Counted from the first letter of the stretch, positions 47,201-56,759 are shown. The stretch is 64,000 nucleotides of DNA from Candidatus Omnitrophota bacterium (GCA_030650425.1 JAUSED010000010.1:10104-74103); one strand, 5' to 3'. The notes: generated from the letters alone by a model not told the origin. A program made the numbers and translations.

Positions 47201-49622
47201 CTTTTAACCTCTCCACAATATCAGGAATGAATCTTGGGCTTGCCCACCCTTCAGGCGGCATAAAATTAACAAATAATATATGGCCGCCAGGAGCGACTAA
47301 TTCTTCGGATTTCCTAAAATACTCAACGACATTTAATAATGGATCTTCTCTCAGAGATGGATCATACATCTTATAAGGCCCATAAATATTCATATATGTA
47401 CGCATATTATAAAAAAGTATGACATCCGGCTTTTTTTGTAAACCTAATGCTCTTAAGGAATTGGGGTTAAACTCGAAGAAATCTTTTTCCCATATTTCAA
47501 AGTAACCTTCTTTAATGCCATAAGGTATTCGCGTGTCCACATTGACTACTCTATAGATTGGAACGCCTTGTTCATTACGGACAGAAAGCGGATTAGCGCC
47601 GTAACCGATATTTAGAATTACACTCCCTTCGGGAACCCCTAAAGCTTTTAAGAAAATCCTCAGATTATCCGAAGCCTCTTTATTATAGTACTCACCAGGA
47701 TGTTCTTTGAGCCCAGTCAACACCACAGTATTACCTGCTTCTTCCATCGCCAAAGAAGAGACGGTTTCTTTCTGCGCCGGTGAGGCGGCTGGGCTGCTGG
47801 ACAAACCATAATCCCTTAATTGAAAATCCTGTATGGCTTTCTCGGCATAGAAAACAATGTTGTTATATTCTGCCTCTTCTAAACGAACGCCTCCTCGATA
47901 AAAATCGCTTTCTGGGGCGTTAACGGAAAGAACGACCACGCCCGTATCCCCAAAAGAAGCTGCCAAATGTTCAAGGCCGGCACCTTCCGGATAAGGATCC
48001 ACGTAAAACCCTTCATCTTCTAAAAAAACGTAGTAATGAGCGCCCCCCCCTTTTTCATCCTTTTTTTCCATCACGTAAGCCTCGTTTCCTTGTGACCTCA
48101 AAACCAAGGTCAACCACGCCGCGTGAACAGCACATACGGCCTGAGGCATCGTCCGCTTCAAAAAAATCCTCGTATTTTTAGCAAACTTAAAAACGGCTTC
48201 CTTAGTCATCGGCGAACCGGCGGATTCGACTCGCCCACCTTCGGCGGGCTCGCTCACCACCAATCTTGAGCTTGTCGAAGGGATGGTTACCTGAATTCCC
48301 GCGACTGCACCTGGTGTTCCCTGAATGTCCATAACTAACTCGCCACTACGGACAGCTGGCGAACTTGTAGCAACTATCGTTGACACAGGGCTCGAGCCAG
48401 CATTTACGGTACCAAACGGTTGGATGTTGATAGCAAAATTTTCTCCTCCGCTAAAATAGCTCCTGATCACCTGACCTGTGGGAGTATAGACTGGTTCTTT
48501 AATGTTGTATTCGCCGTCTTTGAAGGATTTTTGGTAGGCTTGGAAGTAGGTGGTTTTGGACCAGGGTTGTTGGGAAATAAGATTGGTGAGGTTGCGGGAG
48601 TTGATGCGCGCATCAGGAGACACTTTCCTTTTGAGGGTTCCATTATCGCCCTGACGGAAAATGTCCCCTACTTTTAGAGTATGCCGGGCTTTAAACCATT
48701 GGGCTAAGATTAAAGAATAATAGACTTGCCTTAAAGGAGCATAGCGCTTGGAGATGTTAATATCTTTGGTGAGTTTGGGGATGATTAGTTCGCGGATTAA
48801 TTGAGAAGAATATTCGTTTAATTGCTTGAGACGTTCATCCTTAAACTGATACTGCGCGTAGGGGACACTTTCCTTTTGAGCGTTCTCTGATAGCCCTGAC
48901 GGAAAATGTCCCCTACTTACACTTGAAAGGTAGTCAGACTCAAGCATTACCTTAAGCGTAGCCTTATAAATGTAGGCTGAGGGCGCGTCTTTCGTTTCTC
49001 TGATGATAATCTCATCCGGTACTATCCATGGGCGGGTTAGGGTAGGAATGGTTATGTTCTCAGAGCCAAAGAGCTCTCCTGCTTTGGCATAGAGCTTATT
49101 CCAGTAGTCTCTGCCTTCAGGGGTCTCTGGTGAGGTAGCTAAAGCAGTGTCTTTCTTAAGCTGGAGATCAGCTTCCAGCATAATCTTACCTACATCAGTT
49201 TTAGCTAGGTAGTCATCGATAATATTGTCTTGGGCATCTGGACGTAGGTTGACCCAAAAGGAATCGTTGGGGAGGGTTAGGCCGATGAAAAAGTAGTTGA
49301 GGAGGGTTTTGGTGGATACTTCTAGTGATTCTGTAGAAAAAGGGGACAGTCCCCAAAAAACGGGGACAGTCCCCTTTTTCTGTTCGCTTTTGGGGAATTG
49401 GTCGCCTTTGTCTAAATAAAGTTTAAAGCTGTTGTTTTCGGGAAGATACTGCAGGTAACGCAGGTGCAGGGGACGAAATTTGTCTACTCCAAAAGAATTA
49501 TGCAGGGCGGTAAGGCGAGCGGCAATGTTGAGCTCTACAGCGACTTGCGCAAAGCCGGATTGCTGGATAGCCAACAAGATACAGAGAAAAATAGCGATAA
49601 TTTTTAGGGATTTTTTTCGCAT
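44259..49622 (-). CDS. Giant secreted multidomain protein 2 (1787 aa), paralog of 1489..8739
   Basis: The N-terminal ~400 aa share motifs with giant 1: FAQVA.EL, DKFRPLHLR.LQYLPENNSFKL, LLNYFFIGLTLPN.SFWVNLRPDA.DNIIDDYLAKTDVGKI. The C-terminal ~130 aa are also shared (GGIDFRALP...KEYVASSCL). The central region differs. Confidence 0.7.
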   Translation of the reverse strand: MRKKSLKIIAIFLCILLAIQQSGFAQVAVELNIAARLTALHNSFGVDKFRPLHLRYLQYLPENNSFKLYLDKGDQFPKSEQKKGTVPVFWGLSPFSTESLEVSTKTLLNYFFIGLTLPNDSFWVNLRPDAQDNIIDDYLAKTDVGKIMLEADLQLKKDTALATSPETPEGRDYWNKLYAKAGELFGSENITIPTLTRPWIVPDEIIIRETKDAPSAYIYKATLKVMLESDYLSSVSRGHFPSGLSENAQKESVPYAQYQFKDERLKQLNEYSSQLIRELIIPKLTKDINISKRYAPLRQVYYSLILAQWFKARHTLKVGDIFRQGDNGTLKRKVSPDARINSRNLTNLISQQPWSKTTYFQAYQKSFKDGEYNIKEPVYTPTGQVIRSYFSGGENFAINIQPFGTVNAGSSPVSTIVATSSPAVRSGELVMDIQGTPGAVAGIQVTIPSTSSRLVVSEPAEGGRVESAGSPMTKEAVFKFAKNTRIFLKRTMPQAVCAVHAAWLTLVLRSQGNEAYVMEKKDEKGGGAHYYVFLEDEGFYVDPYPEGAGLEHLAASFGDTGVVVLSVNAPESDFYRGGVRLEEAEYNNIVFYAEKAIQDFQLRDYGLSSSPAASPAQKETVSSLAMEEAGNTVVLTGLKEHPGEYYNKEASDNLRIFLKALGVPEGSVILNIGYGANPLSVRNEQGVPIYRVVNVDTRIPYGIKEGYFEIWEKDFFEFNPNSLRALGLQKKPDVILFYNMRTYMNIYGPYKMYDPSLREDPLLNVVEYFRKSEELVAPGGHILFVNFMPPEGWASPRFIPDIVERLKDRKTTIFKTRNSDYSKVAVAFSPEVSSLVTATKSSASPAQKETASSAINIIPSIKRWWGKFVSNKPTQNKELIKVGDIPDTERLGGNLSGKDHTIEIIARNTPGLIQPSTVIAFANVPDVIVAITEAIKGNVQKMAVLYLTNLFLKHNLESLHSPLLKLRNNGIIFEPAFSRMMSLYARQRGFAGENIGGIYFTSYGLYTNGLQAKFKNDQLAMELDIPSEVKFEYEQKEGSIDALSFWREGKLIGQKTKEPIIFYTPTLDFIEAKAEKAGVRLLGISPSFDKVFYITTYGEVISMSISGRRYMNNLQETTQNSKAWLNARYPNVNMDSLNAFLSALKPSVSRVTSTSGEELKYILTAKDIAGAGPYFELEKPVVSIRDSRRLVKRGLVYYQGLLFKPTPEGKEALKKAFALKKINDETLDFILTHLMYTALNANAEKAILLELEDIFLYGISGHYSTLKHVFTTGNRAKIYSLQKELVLQEAETIKNGSAQKASIFSTITVGYKGKALDLRANGPFDLLLMLLTEETLDHNETMVDITSILENKLTMVVNKQTLSLEDILTNQINFKDGDIVYFKEPAASPAQKQPVSSAVEVKIEVPQNTSSPINEKISKKQRREIAKQYLIKLGVKFDRLTPERQPQLAKLELGMNLFESEPHKQLINRLVKKIQRLSQLLKVEIGIHIAPSADLPIMLEDEFYGNCIIVSPSMLRNRGVAKNVKQAKAVLEEFGSVFLGDIGLKRGKPSVPVALFISAYQEKVEDEEFISNQFPYRDFFVLYSDERTFEQRLLGLVQWDFDEIDGKPPYWFRYVLVERYLDKLLEIAEHQNNRKQNAQSLSSPIVTDTHKQANSVVNNGVDDGKGGIDFRALPIVTQAMSNLRLSASSVISLSQLKSLNLNQELQEMQKLVDAGITPSAERIKEYVASSCLQGNPDTQKVVSCIADILRLEEERCYPTEVTLKDILVVLESGMPNQELKAVFTGLR
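48616..48670. repeat. Family A element, in-frame inside giant ORF 2
   Basis: ggagacactttccttttgagggttccattatcgccctgacggaaaatgtcccctac, translated as VGDIFRQGDNGTLKRKVSPD. Confidence 0.7.
48861..48916. repeat. Family A element, in-frame inside giant ORF 2
   Basis: ggggacactttccttttgagcgttctctgatagccctgacggaaaatgtcccctac, translated as VSRGHFPSGLSENAQKESVPY. Confidence 0.75.
49343..49375. repeat. GGGGACAGTCCCC mini-hairpin pair, in-frame inside giant ORF 2
   Basis: ggggacagtccccaaaaaacggggacagtcccc. Encodes KKGTVPVFWGLSPF at the position where giant 1 carries a family A insert. Confidence 0.7.
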
Positions 49623-49715
49623 ATAGCCTACCGGATTTAACTTATTATAAGTATGCTATATAGGTAAGATAATACAAGGCTAAAATAGGAGTTTGGGGAA
49701 AGCGCTTTCTTACTG

Positions 49716-49740
49716 GAAAAATGGGGACAGTCCCCATTTT
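49716..49740. repeat. AAAATGGGGACAGTCCCCATTTT mini-hairpin upstream of giant ORF 2
   Basis: Same unit as at 8923-8980 upstream of giant ORF 1. Confidence 0.65.
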
Positions 49741-49741
49741 G

Positions 49742-50287
49742 TTACTTTAAATAGGCTTTGATGATTTTTTGTTCGCTAAGCGGGCGGTCGGATGGATTGG
49801 TTTGGGTATTTTCGATTTTCTGCACCACATCATAGCCTGAAATGACCTCGCCAAAAATTGTATGGCGCATATTCAACCAAAGGGTGGCGGCAGTGGTGAT
49901 AAAAAATTGGCTTCCGTTGGTATTCGGGCCGGCATTGGCCATAGCCAGAATCCCGGGTTTATCGAATTTGGCGCTAGGGCTTACTTCGTCTTCAAATGCC
50001 TTTCCCCAGATAGAATTTCCACCTGAGCCGGTTCCTGTGGGATCTCCGCCTTGAATCATAAAGCCTTTAATCACCCGATGAAAAATTAAACCGTTATAAT
50101 AACCTTTTTCCGCTAGCTTGGTAAAATTTTCGCAGGCCTTGGGCGCTACATCCGGCATAAGTTTAATCTCGATCAAACCTTGATTTGTTTCAAGAACTAC
50201 AATGTTGCTATCCATGCTAAATGCTCCTTTCGTAGCAATACCTACAACAAACATAAAACAGGCAATAACGATAATCTTTTTTAGCAT
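49742..50287 (-). CDS. ppiB: Cyclophilin-type peptidyl-prolyl cis-trans isomerase (secreted)
   Basis: FHRVIKGFMIQGGDP...GSQFFITT signature motifs. N-terminal signal. Confidence 0.85.
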   Translation of the reverse strand: MLKKIIVIACFMFVVGIATKGAFSMDSNIVVLETNQGLIEIKLMPDVAPKACENFTKLAEKGYYNGLIFHRVIKGFMIQGGDPTGTGSGGNSIWGKAFEDEVSPSAKFDKPGILAMANAGPNTNGSQFFITTAATLWLNMRHTIFGEVISGYDVVQKIENTQTNPSDRPLSEQKIIKAYLK

Positions 50288-50307
50288 TCCTCCCCCTTTT
50301 TACGATA

Positions 50308-50412
50308 GGGGACACTTTCCTTTGGGCCAGAAGGGGACACTTTCCTTTGAGTGGCTTCGCCATAGCTCTGACGGAAAGTGTCCCCTTCTGCAGAAGTTGG
50401 AAAATGTCCCCT
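50308..50412. repeat. Compound family A element, intergenic
   Basis: Near-identical to 8389-8495. Confidence 0.8.
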
Positions 50413-50416
50413 GTGG

Positions 50417-51052
50417 TTAGGGTTTGCTCGATTTAGGCTGTTTGGAGAGCATAGACAGATTTTCGGCAATTTCTCTGCTTAAAGAGAAACAAACATCTCC
50501 GAGAGCTTGAGCTAAACCGAAATAATTATGCGGATTGATAGGTTTGCTAATCCGCGTCCTCTTGGTCAATAACAACTCCCTGCTTTTAGCATCAATAATC
50601 GACCACTGTCCTGTAAAAACCATATCCTTCTCCAGCTCGCTATCTAATTGTAAAACCTCCACAATCACCTGATAATCCAGCGGAATAGCGAAATTACAGG
50701 GGAAGACCTGAAAGCTTGCCGCCGGAAGCAAACTGGCGAGGTCATCATTAATCAAACGGGCTATGCCCGAATCAAGGGGTTCTCCCCACCGCTCAAACTG
50801 CGCAAATAAAAGTGTCCCATCCTTATTTCTCGTTACAATCTGCGGACGGTCCTGATAGGCCGGGATTCTGATCGGCCCGACCGCCACAATTACGCCGGAG
50901 GCAATCTCAAACTTTTCAACTGACTGCTCCTTAGTTATTGAGCCGGGCATATAAAACCGCGGGGTGGGGCTGGACGGGATAGATACGCATCCGTTTATCA
51001 GGAAAACAAATAAAACTACTGCCGCGCAGGATAAAAAATTCGCTTTGCTCAT
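50417..51052 (-). CDS. ABC-transport auxiliary lipoprotein (PqiC/YmbA-like), last gene of the Mla-like operon
   Basis: Lipobox LINGC. Follows the MCE protein gene. Confidence 0.55.
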   Translation of the reverse strand: MSKANFLSCAAVVLFVFLINGCVSIPSSPTPRFYMPGSITKEQSVEKFEIASGVIVAVGPIRIPAYQDRPQIVTRNKDGTLLFAQFERWGEPLDSGIARLINDDLASLLPAASFQVFPCNFAIPLDYQVIVEVLQLDSELEKDMVFTGQWSIIDAKSRELLLTKRTRISKPINPHNYFGLAQALGDVCFSLSREIAENLSMLSKQPKSSKP

Positions 51053-51053
51053 C

Positions 51054-51758
51054 TTACTCTCCTTTAGGAAGGGATTTTCCTTTTAAAAGCGCCTCAGGAT
51101 GCTGCTCAAGATACTCGGCAAACAAACCAAAAAAACGGGCTGAATTAGTCAATTCTTTAAGGGTCTTATCCAATTCAGAGATCCCCTCGGAATTTACCAG
51201 CCTGTTAATTCCGGCAAGCGTCTGTCCCAAATTAACCGTAATCTCTTTGATCGGGATATCATCCATAACTTGGAAAATATCCGGGGATATGGGAAGCGCC
51301 GGCAATTCTGGATAGCTTTTGATAATGCCGTAAAATTTCCCCGGCTTATTCGGATAAAGATCTAAAGCGATCATCAGCTGGCCGGTGATAAAATTTTGTA
51401 TTTCGAGCTTGGCGCGCAAGCCTTGCTTGATAAACTTCGTGTAATCAGGATAACCCGGCATCTCAGGAATCCCCATCACGCGCGATAACTCTACGTCAAT
51501 GACTACGGGAATGAGTACCTCTTGCGTTTGCTCGTCGTAAACTAAATTAATACTAACGACATTGCCAATTTTGACGCCTCTAAAGATTACCGGCGCTCCC
51601 ACGGAAAGGCCCTTAACTGAACCGTTAAAAAATAAAACGTATTTATCCGACTGCCTAAACAGCGCTCCTGAACCAAAAACTAATATCGCTACAATTAATA
51701 AGACTACCCCTCCTACTACAAACGCCCCGATTGTTGTTTTATTTATTTTTTTAATCAT
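51054..51758 (-). CDS. MCE-family (MlaD-like) substrate-binding protein
   Basis: N-terminal TM followed by an MCE domain (GLSVGAPVIFRGVKIGNV). Confidence 0.75.
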   Translation of the reverse strand: MIKKINKTTIGAFVVGGVVLLIVAILVFGSGALFRQSDKYVLFFNGSVKGLSVGAPVIFRGVKIGNVVSINLVYDEQTQEVLIPVVIDVELSRVMGIPEMPGYPDYTKFIKQGLRAKLEIQNFITGQLMIALDLYPNKPGKFYGIIKSYPELPALPISPDIFQVMDDIPIKEITVNLGQTLAGINRLVNSEGISELDKTLKELTNSARFFGLFAEYLEQHPEALLKGKSLPKGE

Positions 51759-51777
51759 AAGCTAACTCCCTGCCTGC

Positions 51778-52551
51778 CTAAGCAGGCGCAGTTTGTTTTT
51801 CTCCCCTTGTCAAAAACTGAATAACCCTGGAATCTTTAGAATTAGCGAGCAAGTCTTTAGGATTCCCTTCGGCAATTATACCCTTACTTTCAGCATCAAG
51901 AAGCACTGCCTTATCGCCGAGAGCAAAAATACTCGCCAATTCGTGGGTCACAATCACAAAGGTAGCGCCCAAGGCGTTTCTCAATTGCATAATCAAATCG
52001 TCAAGCATCCGGGCGTTCAAAGGGTCTAACCCGGCTGAGGGTTCATCAAAAAAAATAATCTCGGGATCAAGGGCAATTGCACGGGCAAGCCCTGCTCTTT
52101 TACGCATGCCACCGCTTATTTGCGCCGGATAGAAATCAGCGTAACCGCTCAAGCCGACCAAAGAGAGCTTTAATTCTACCATTTCCCGAATCTGGATGGA
52201 AGACAAATTTGAATACAATTCTAAAGGCAAAGCGACATTCTCACCCAAGGTAAAAGAACTCCAGAGCGCCCCGCTCTGATAGAGCACTCCGAAACGCCGT
52301 ATCCAATCCTGCTGGACTGACTCATCCTCTTGCCAAAAATTTGCTCCTCCATATAATACCTCTCCCTTGATCGGCTCTTTAAGCCCAATCAGGACTTTCA
52401 ACAGGGTGCTCTTGCCGCAACCGCTTCCACCCATCACCACAAAAATATCTCCTTTATTTACGCTGAAATTGAGATCGTGCAGGACCTCGTAATCATCATA
52501 ACTTAGATCAAGATTACGCACTTCAATTATAGGCTGAGATTTATTATCCAT
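51778..52551 (-). CDS. ABC transporter ATP-binding protein (MlaF-like)
   Basis: Walker A GGSGCGKST, signature ISGGMRKRAGLARA, Walker B IIFFDEPSAGLD. Confidence 0.85.
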   Translation of the reverse strand: MDNKSQPIIEVRNLDLSYDDYEVLHDLNFSVNKGDIFVVMGGSGCGKSTLLKVLIGLKEPIKGEVLYGGANFWQEDESVQQDWIRRFGVLYQSGALWSSFTLGENVALPLELYSNLSSIQIREMVELKLSLVGLSGYADFYPAQISGGMRKRAGLARAIALDPEIIFFDEPSAGLDPLNARMLDDLIMQLRNALGATFVIVTHELASIFALGDKAVLLDAESKGIIAEGNPKDLLANSKDSRVIQFLTRGEKQTAPA

Positions 52552-52554
52552 TAA

Positions 52555-53682
52555 TTACACCCCTAAAACCTGACAAATTAAAGTAATAATCGCGGTAGCC
52601 ACCACAATGCTGGTTATAGCGCTTACCACTGCCGAAGTGGTTGCCGCTCCTACGCCTTCAGCGCTTTTTACGCAGTTAATTCCGCGGAAACATCCGGCCA
52701 CAGCCACGATGATTCCAAAAACAAAACTGTGGATCAGGCCAACCCAAAGATTGCTTAGGTGCACAGCCGACTGGGTATGCCGCCAGTACTCTACCGGATT
52801 AAGCCCGAGAAATTTTACGCTGATAATAAAACCTCCTAATATACCCATAAAATCCGCGTAAAGTGTTAAGAGCGGCATCATTATCACCAAGGCTAAAACG
52901 CGCGGTATCACCAAAAATTCCACCGGAGAAATTCCCAAGGTCTTAAAAGCATCGATCTCCTCATTTACCTGCATCAGGCCAAGCTCCGCGGCAAAAGATG
53001 CTCCGGTGCGGCCGGACATAATAATTCCGGTCATCACCGCGCCCATCACCCGAACCATAGCGATACCAACGATATTGGCGATATAAATCTGCGCCCCGAA
53101 TATTTTAAGCTGGATTGCTCCAATAAAGGCAAGAATCATACCGACCAGAACGCTGATCAGAGAAACAAGTCCCCAGGCATCAACCCCGCAACGCTGCACA
53201 ATACCAATAAATTCATCCTGACGAAAATAGGCTCTACCGGAAAGCAAACGGCCGAAAGCAAAAGCAATCTCCCCTAAGAAATTAACAACCGAGAGCGCGC
53301 CGGCACAGAGTTGTAGGAATCTATCGGCAACTTTTTCCAGAAAATACTCTTTCTCGATCTTATGCGGAATATTTTCTGTATTAGCCTTGAGCGCAAGCGC
53401 AAGCAGTTTGCCCACCCCCTGCGGCAGGTCTTGACGATCAACCTGTATATCTCTATGGCCGCACTCTTTGATTAAATTGAGCAGGAAAGAAACCAGTCCG
53501 CTATCCCATTTTTCTATTTTGGAAACATCCAGCACTACCTGCGCAATCTCTTTATGTTCGCCAAGCTGCGCGAATACTTCGCTTGCTGAGGGCAGCCCCG
53601 CGCGGATTTGCCACTCTCCGCTTAATTTTAGGCGGAGAGTATTTACGGAAGGATAATCAAAAGAAAGTTTATTTAACGGCAT
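52555..53682 (-). CDS. MlaE-family ABC permease with N-terminal STAS-like domain
   Basis: N-terminal ~110 aa are STAS-like. C-terminal 5-TM permease with MlaE-like EIDAFKTLGISP motif. Confidence 0.75.
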   Translation of the reverse strand: MPLNKLSFDYPSVNTLRLKLSGEWQIRAGLPSASEVFAQLGEHKEIAQVVLDVSKIEKWDSGLVSFLLNLIKECGHRDIQVDRQDLPQGVGKLLALALKANTENIPHKIEKEYFLEKVADRFLQLCAGALSVVNFLGEIAFAFGRLLSGRAYFRQDEFIGIVQRCGVDAWGLVSLISVLVGMILAFIGAIQLKIFGAQIYIANIVGIAMVRVMGAVMTGIIMSGRTGASFAAELGLMQVNEEIDAFKTLGISPVEFLVIPRVLALVIMMPLLTLYADFMGILGGFIISVKFLGLNPVEYWRHTQSAVHLSNLWVGLIHSFVFGIIVAVAGCFRGINCVKSAEGVGAATTSAVVSAITSIVVATAIITLICQVLGV

Positions 53683-53715
53683 ATAATTTTATTCTACTCT
53701 TCGTGAGCAAAAAAC

Positions 53716-54093
53716 CTAGGTGGGCCTTTTTTTATTTTTAGATTTATACGGAGTACATAATACGCTGGCAAAAGAAGAAAGCTTATTATCTTCATAAGGA
53801 AATTCCTTGCAGGTGACCGGCTTTAAAGCATAATCAACCTTATGTATTCTGCAGAGGCCGTCGGAATCCAAAAAAACACAACGCTCGTCTTCATAACTGG
53901 TGCCTACCTTGTACCCGGAAGGAAAACAATCGTCTTTTTCTAAATGGAAAAAATCGCCCTTTATCCCAAAGGACAATATATTTTTCGCTTCTTCCAGGTC
54001 GATCCAAGCCCCTAGCTTACAGCAATCCGCCTGCGTTTTACAGCTAAGACAATCAATCTTTACTTTCGCTTTTATTTTTTTAGCATTTTTCAT
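53716..54093 (-). CDS. YkgJ-family cysteine-cluster protein (second copy)
   Basis: CLSCKTQADCCKLGAW...CVFLDSDGLCRIHK. Confidence 0.55.
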   Translation of the reverse strand: MKNAKKIKAKVKIDCLSCKTQADCCKLGAWIDLEEAKNILSFGIKGDFFHLEKDDCFPSGYKVGTSYEDERCVFLDSDGLCRIHKVDYALKPVTCKEFPYEDNKLSSFASVLCTPYKSKNKKRPT

Positions 54094-54329
54094 TTCTTAA
54101 TGCCTTCCATGCTTTATTATGGGCCTAAAGGGCTGGATTCTAGAATCCAGCCCTTCGACTCACTAGATAAATTTAATTATTTTTTACACTTAAGGCAGCA
54201 ATTATCGTGGATGCATTTAATAGCGGTCTTAGCAAGCACAAAGATGATTAACAACAAGGCGATCTGGCCAAACAATCCCCAGCTCATCATCTCTCCCTCC
54301 TTTTTTAATAAACAGACAACTTACTGCGC

Positions 54330-54740
54330 CTAGCCTTTCTTCAATGCCACGAAGGCCTTTTCATTATCACTGGCTGAGAGTGCTATGGTTGCCGGGCAGC
54401 CCGAAGAGCAGGTAGTGCCATAGGCATATTTTATATCCACCTTTTCCTGCGCTACCTTTTCGGTCACCAGTTTTAATGCGCCGACCTTGTTCTCAAGATC
54501 AATCACGACAATGCTTTTTTCTTCCTGTGATTTGTAGCCTGCTTTTTTCAAGGCATCAGAGGCGCGCAAGTTATCCACAGTCACCAGATGGATCTTGGCT
54601 TCTTTGCCCATGCCATAGCCCACAAAAGCCTCTAAGTTTATGCCATGGTCCGCAAGTATCTTGCATATATTTGCCAATGCACCTACGCTATTTGCCACCG
54701 TTACTACGATCTCCTTTTTCATATTCACCGCTTTAATCAT
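54330..54740 (-). CDS. Tandem ACT-domain protein
   Basis: Two ~65-aa ACT-like repeats (VANSVGALANICKILADHGINL; ENKVGALKLVTEKVAQEKVDI). Confidence 0.6.
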   Translation of the reverse strand: MIKAVNMKKEIVVTVANSVGALANICKILADHGINLEAFVGYGMGKEAKIHLVTVDNLRASDALKKAGYKSQEEKSIVVIDLENKVGALKLVTEKVAQEKVDIKYAYGTTCSSGCPATIALSASDNEKAFVALKKG

Positions 54741-54833
54741 AGTCGGCCTCCTTTTGCTATCATTCTACCTCTCCCCTCACCCTTGTCAACCTCAAAATAT
54801 CCTTAGGCTATGACGGTGTTGCATCTCCGAGAT

Positions 54834-55460
54834 TTAAAGATTAGTATAATTATTTTTCCAATACCATTGCGGAAAGACAATAGTAAAAATAAATAAAACG
54901 ACTAGCACAGGCAACCAGGCAAACATGTCTATCTTGCCCACTATCTTTAAATCATTGACATTTAATAACACCAACAATAGCGCAAATAATAAATAAGTAA
55001 CCCCCCAGACCGCTGTCACAATGCGCCAGGCTTTTGAATAATATTTTGAGCGTATGATTTTTTCCGGCGCCCTTACTCCCACAACATCTGCAAATATCTC
55101 AATAATTGAACGGCTGAAAAACAGAGAAACTAAAAAGATAACCCCGAATATAAACTCATCCAAGGCCACCAAGAACAGGTACGTGCGGGGATCCCTTTGC
55201 GCAATCACCACAACTATCCTCACCAAAATCAAAACCAGTGCCAGAATCGCGAAAATATTGGTTTTATGGGTTCTTGCTTGACCTATTAGAAACACCACAA
55301 CGCACCAAGCTACGGCTATGCCACCCCAAAGAAAAGGCATTTTCTGGTTCAGTCCGTAAAGAAAAATTACCTTGGGGATTAAAAAACCTACGATTACATC
55401 TTTCCAAGGAAAATTATGCCTAAAAACTTGCCATGTGGACTGCGGCTTTTCGTCTATCAT
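54834..55460 (-). CDS. Polytopic membrane protein, unknown function
   Basis: ~6 predicted TM helices. Confidence 0.45.
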   Translation of the reverse strand: MIDEKPQSTWQVFRHNFPWKDVIVGFLIPKVIFLYGLNQKMPFLWGGIAVAWCVVVFLIGQARTHKTNIFAILALVLILVRIVVVIAQRDPRTYLFLVALDEFIFGVIFLVSLFFSRSIIEIFADVVGVRAPEKIIRSKYYSKAWRIVTAVWGVTYLLFALLLVLLNVNDLKIVGKIDMFAWLPVLVVLFIFTIVFPQWYWKNNYTNL

Positions 55461-55587
55461 CCCAGAATCCTCCTTAATTTTATTATACTACCTTACACCA
55501 AGAATCCCAAATGTTTTTTAGAATTGAGATAGATTAGTTTGGTGTCGAAGAATTTGAAAGCGCTTTCCCAAAACCCTGTATTTACCC

Positions 55588-55713
55588 TTGATTTTTATTT
55601 AGGATAATGCATACTTAATATTGCGTTTACTCAAAAAAGGAGGGTGGTCGATAGCGGAAAGCTATTAGGCCTATCACCTACAAAAAACCCCGAGGATATT
55701 CGGGGTTTTTTGT
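55588..55713 (+). ncRNA. Candidate small RNA, copy 2 (paralog of 12473-12609)
   Basis: TTGATT-n18-TACTTAATATTGC ... GATAGCGGAAAGCTATTAGGCCTATCACCTACAAAAAACCCCGAGGATATTCGGGGTTTTTTG. Confidence 0.45.
55683..55713 (+). terminator. Rho-independent terminator (CCCCGAGG-ATAT-TCGGGG plus T6)
   Basis: Stem-loop plus U-run on the plus strand. Confidence 0.7.
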
Positions 55714-55728
55714 TTGCAGCACCTAGTT

Positions 55729-56376
55729 TTATTTTGAAGGCGCTTGTTTATGCACCATTGTATAGGCGTATTCCACGCCGAAACCGTACGCGCCGCTATG
55801 CGTCTTTATTATGTCAATGACGGCGTCATAAGTTTCCTTTCTTGCCCAATCCCGCTGGAACTCAAGCATCACCTGCTGCCAAGTTACAGGTACAGCGCCT
55901 GCCTGAATCATTCTTTGGCAGGCTTTTTCGTGAATTTCCGGAGAGGTTCCTCCCGAGGCATCGGCAACGAAATAAACTTCATAGCCGGCTTTTAGCGCGC
56001 TTAAAACCGGAAAACAAAGGCAGACCTCTGTCCATAACGCGCAGATAATCAGACGTTTGCGGCCGATCCGCTCGACTTCGGCAACAAATTTTTTGTCTTC
56101 CCAAGAGTTCATAGAAGACCTCTCTATGACTTTTTGGTATTCGAAGATCTTGTGGATCTGAGGCAAAAAATAACCACTAAAACTTTTACTTTCAATGCCT
56201 GTAAGAATCACGGGTAGATTAAAAACTTTGGCTGCTTTAGCCAAGGCGACAACATTATTCAGAAGCAGCTGCCTATCCATCGAAGCTACCCCAAAGAACA
56301 TTTGCGGCTGAAAATCAATAAAAATTACCGAGCAGTCTCCCGGTTCCAACAATTCTACGTAATCAACTTTTGGCAT
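55729..56376 (-). CDS. Isochorismatase-family cysteine hydrolase
   Basis: D..K..C triad context: SVIFIDFQ, ICALWTEVC, FVADASGG. Confidence 0.75.
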   Translation of the reverse strand: MPKVDYVELLEPGDCSVIFIDFQPQMFFGVASMDRQLLLNNVVALAKAAKVFNLPVILTGIESKSFSGYFLPQIHKIFEYQKVIERSSMNSWEDKKFVAEVERIGRKRLIICALWTEVCLCFPVLSALKAGYEVYFVADASGGTSPEIHEKACQRMIQAGAVPVTWQQVMLEFQRDWARKETYDAVIDIIKTHSGAYGFGVEYAYTMVHKQAPSK

Positions 56377-56472
56377 ATCCCCTCCTTTTTAAGAGAATAC
56401 TACCTTATTCTAGAAAATAAATAAATTGGCTGATTCGCCTTTTTGCTGTCTTTTATCCCTCCTTCAGGTGCC

Positions 56473-56520
56473 TACGTAAAAAAAATCCCAAGCCTTTTCG
56501 AGCTTAGGATTTCTAATTAA
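56473..56520 (-). terminator. Terminator hairpin AATCCTAAGC-tcgaaaa-GGCTTGGGATT plus T7, downstream of pspC-like gene
   Basis: Member of the CCCAAGC hairpin family. Preceded by TTGACACTTAATTAG. Confidence 0.6.
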
Positions 56521-56542
56521 GTGTCAAACTTTAATTTAGAAT

Positions 56543-56734
56543 TTATGCTTTGGGCCTTCGGGGAATCACCGCCCACACCGCCAGATAACCAATGATTCCA
56601 ATGCCACATGATATAATGGTAAGAAAAACAAACAGAACCCTAAATATCGTAGAATCTATCTCAAAATACTCGCCCAAACCACCACAGACACCGCCGATTT
56701 TACGGTCGGTATTCGAAAGGTAAAGTTTTTTCAT
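56543..56734 (-). CDS. PspC-domain membrane protein
   Basis: KLYLSNTDRKIGGVCGGLGEYFEIDSTIFRVLFVFL is a PspC domain followed by a TM. Confidence 0.7.
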   Translation of the reverse strand: MKKLYLSNTDRKIGGVCGGLGEYFEIDSTIFRVLFVFLTIISCGIGIIGYLAVWAVIPRRPKA

Positions 56735-56759
56735 ACTCACCTCCTTATATTTTATAACT

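Noticed and set aside
7627-50412. Considered whether the GGGGACACTTTCC... repeats are a CRISPR array
   Set aside because: Copies are palindromic, irregularly spaced over >40 kb, with variable interiors and no unique spacer series. No cas genes present. Consistent with MITE/REP-like elements.
54120-54165. Hairpin AAAGGGCTGGATTCTAGAATCCAGCCCTT as terminator
   Set aside because: Perfect stem but no flanking U-tract on either strand. Left unannotated; could be a protein-binding palindrome.
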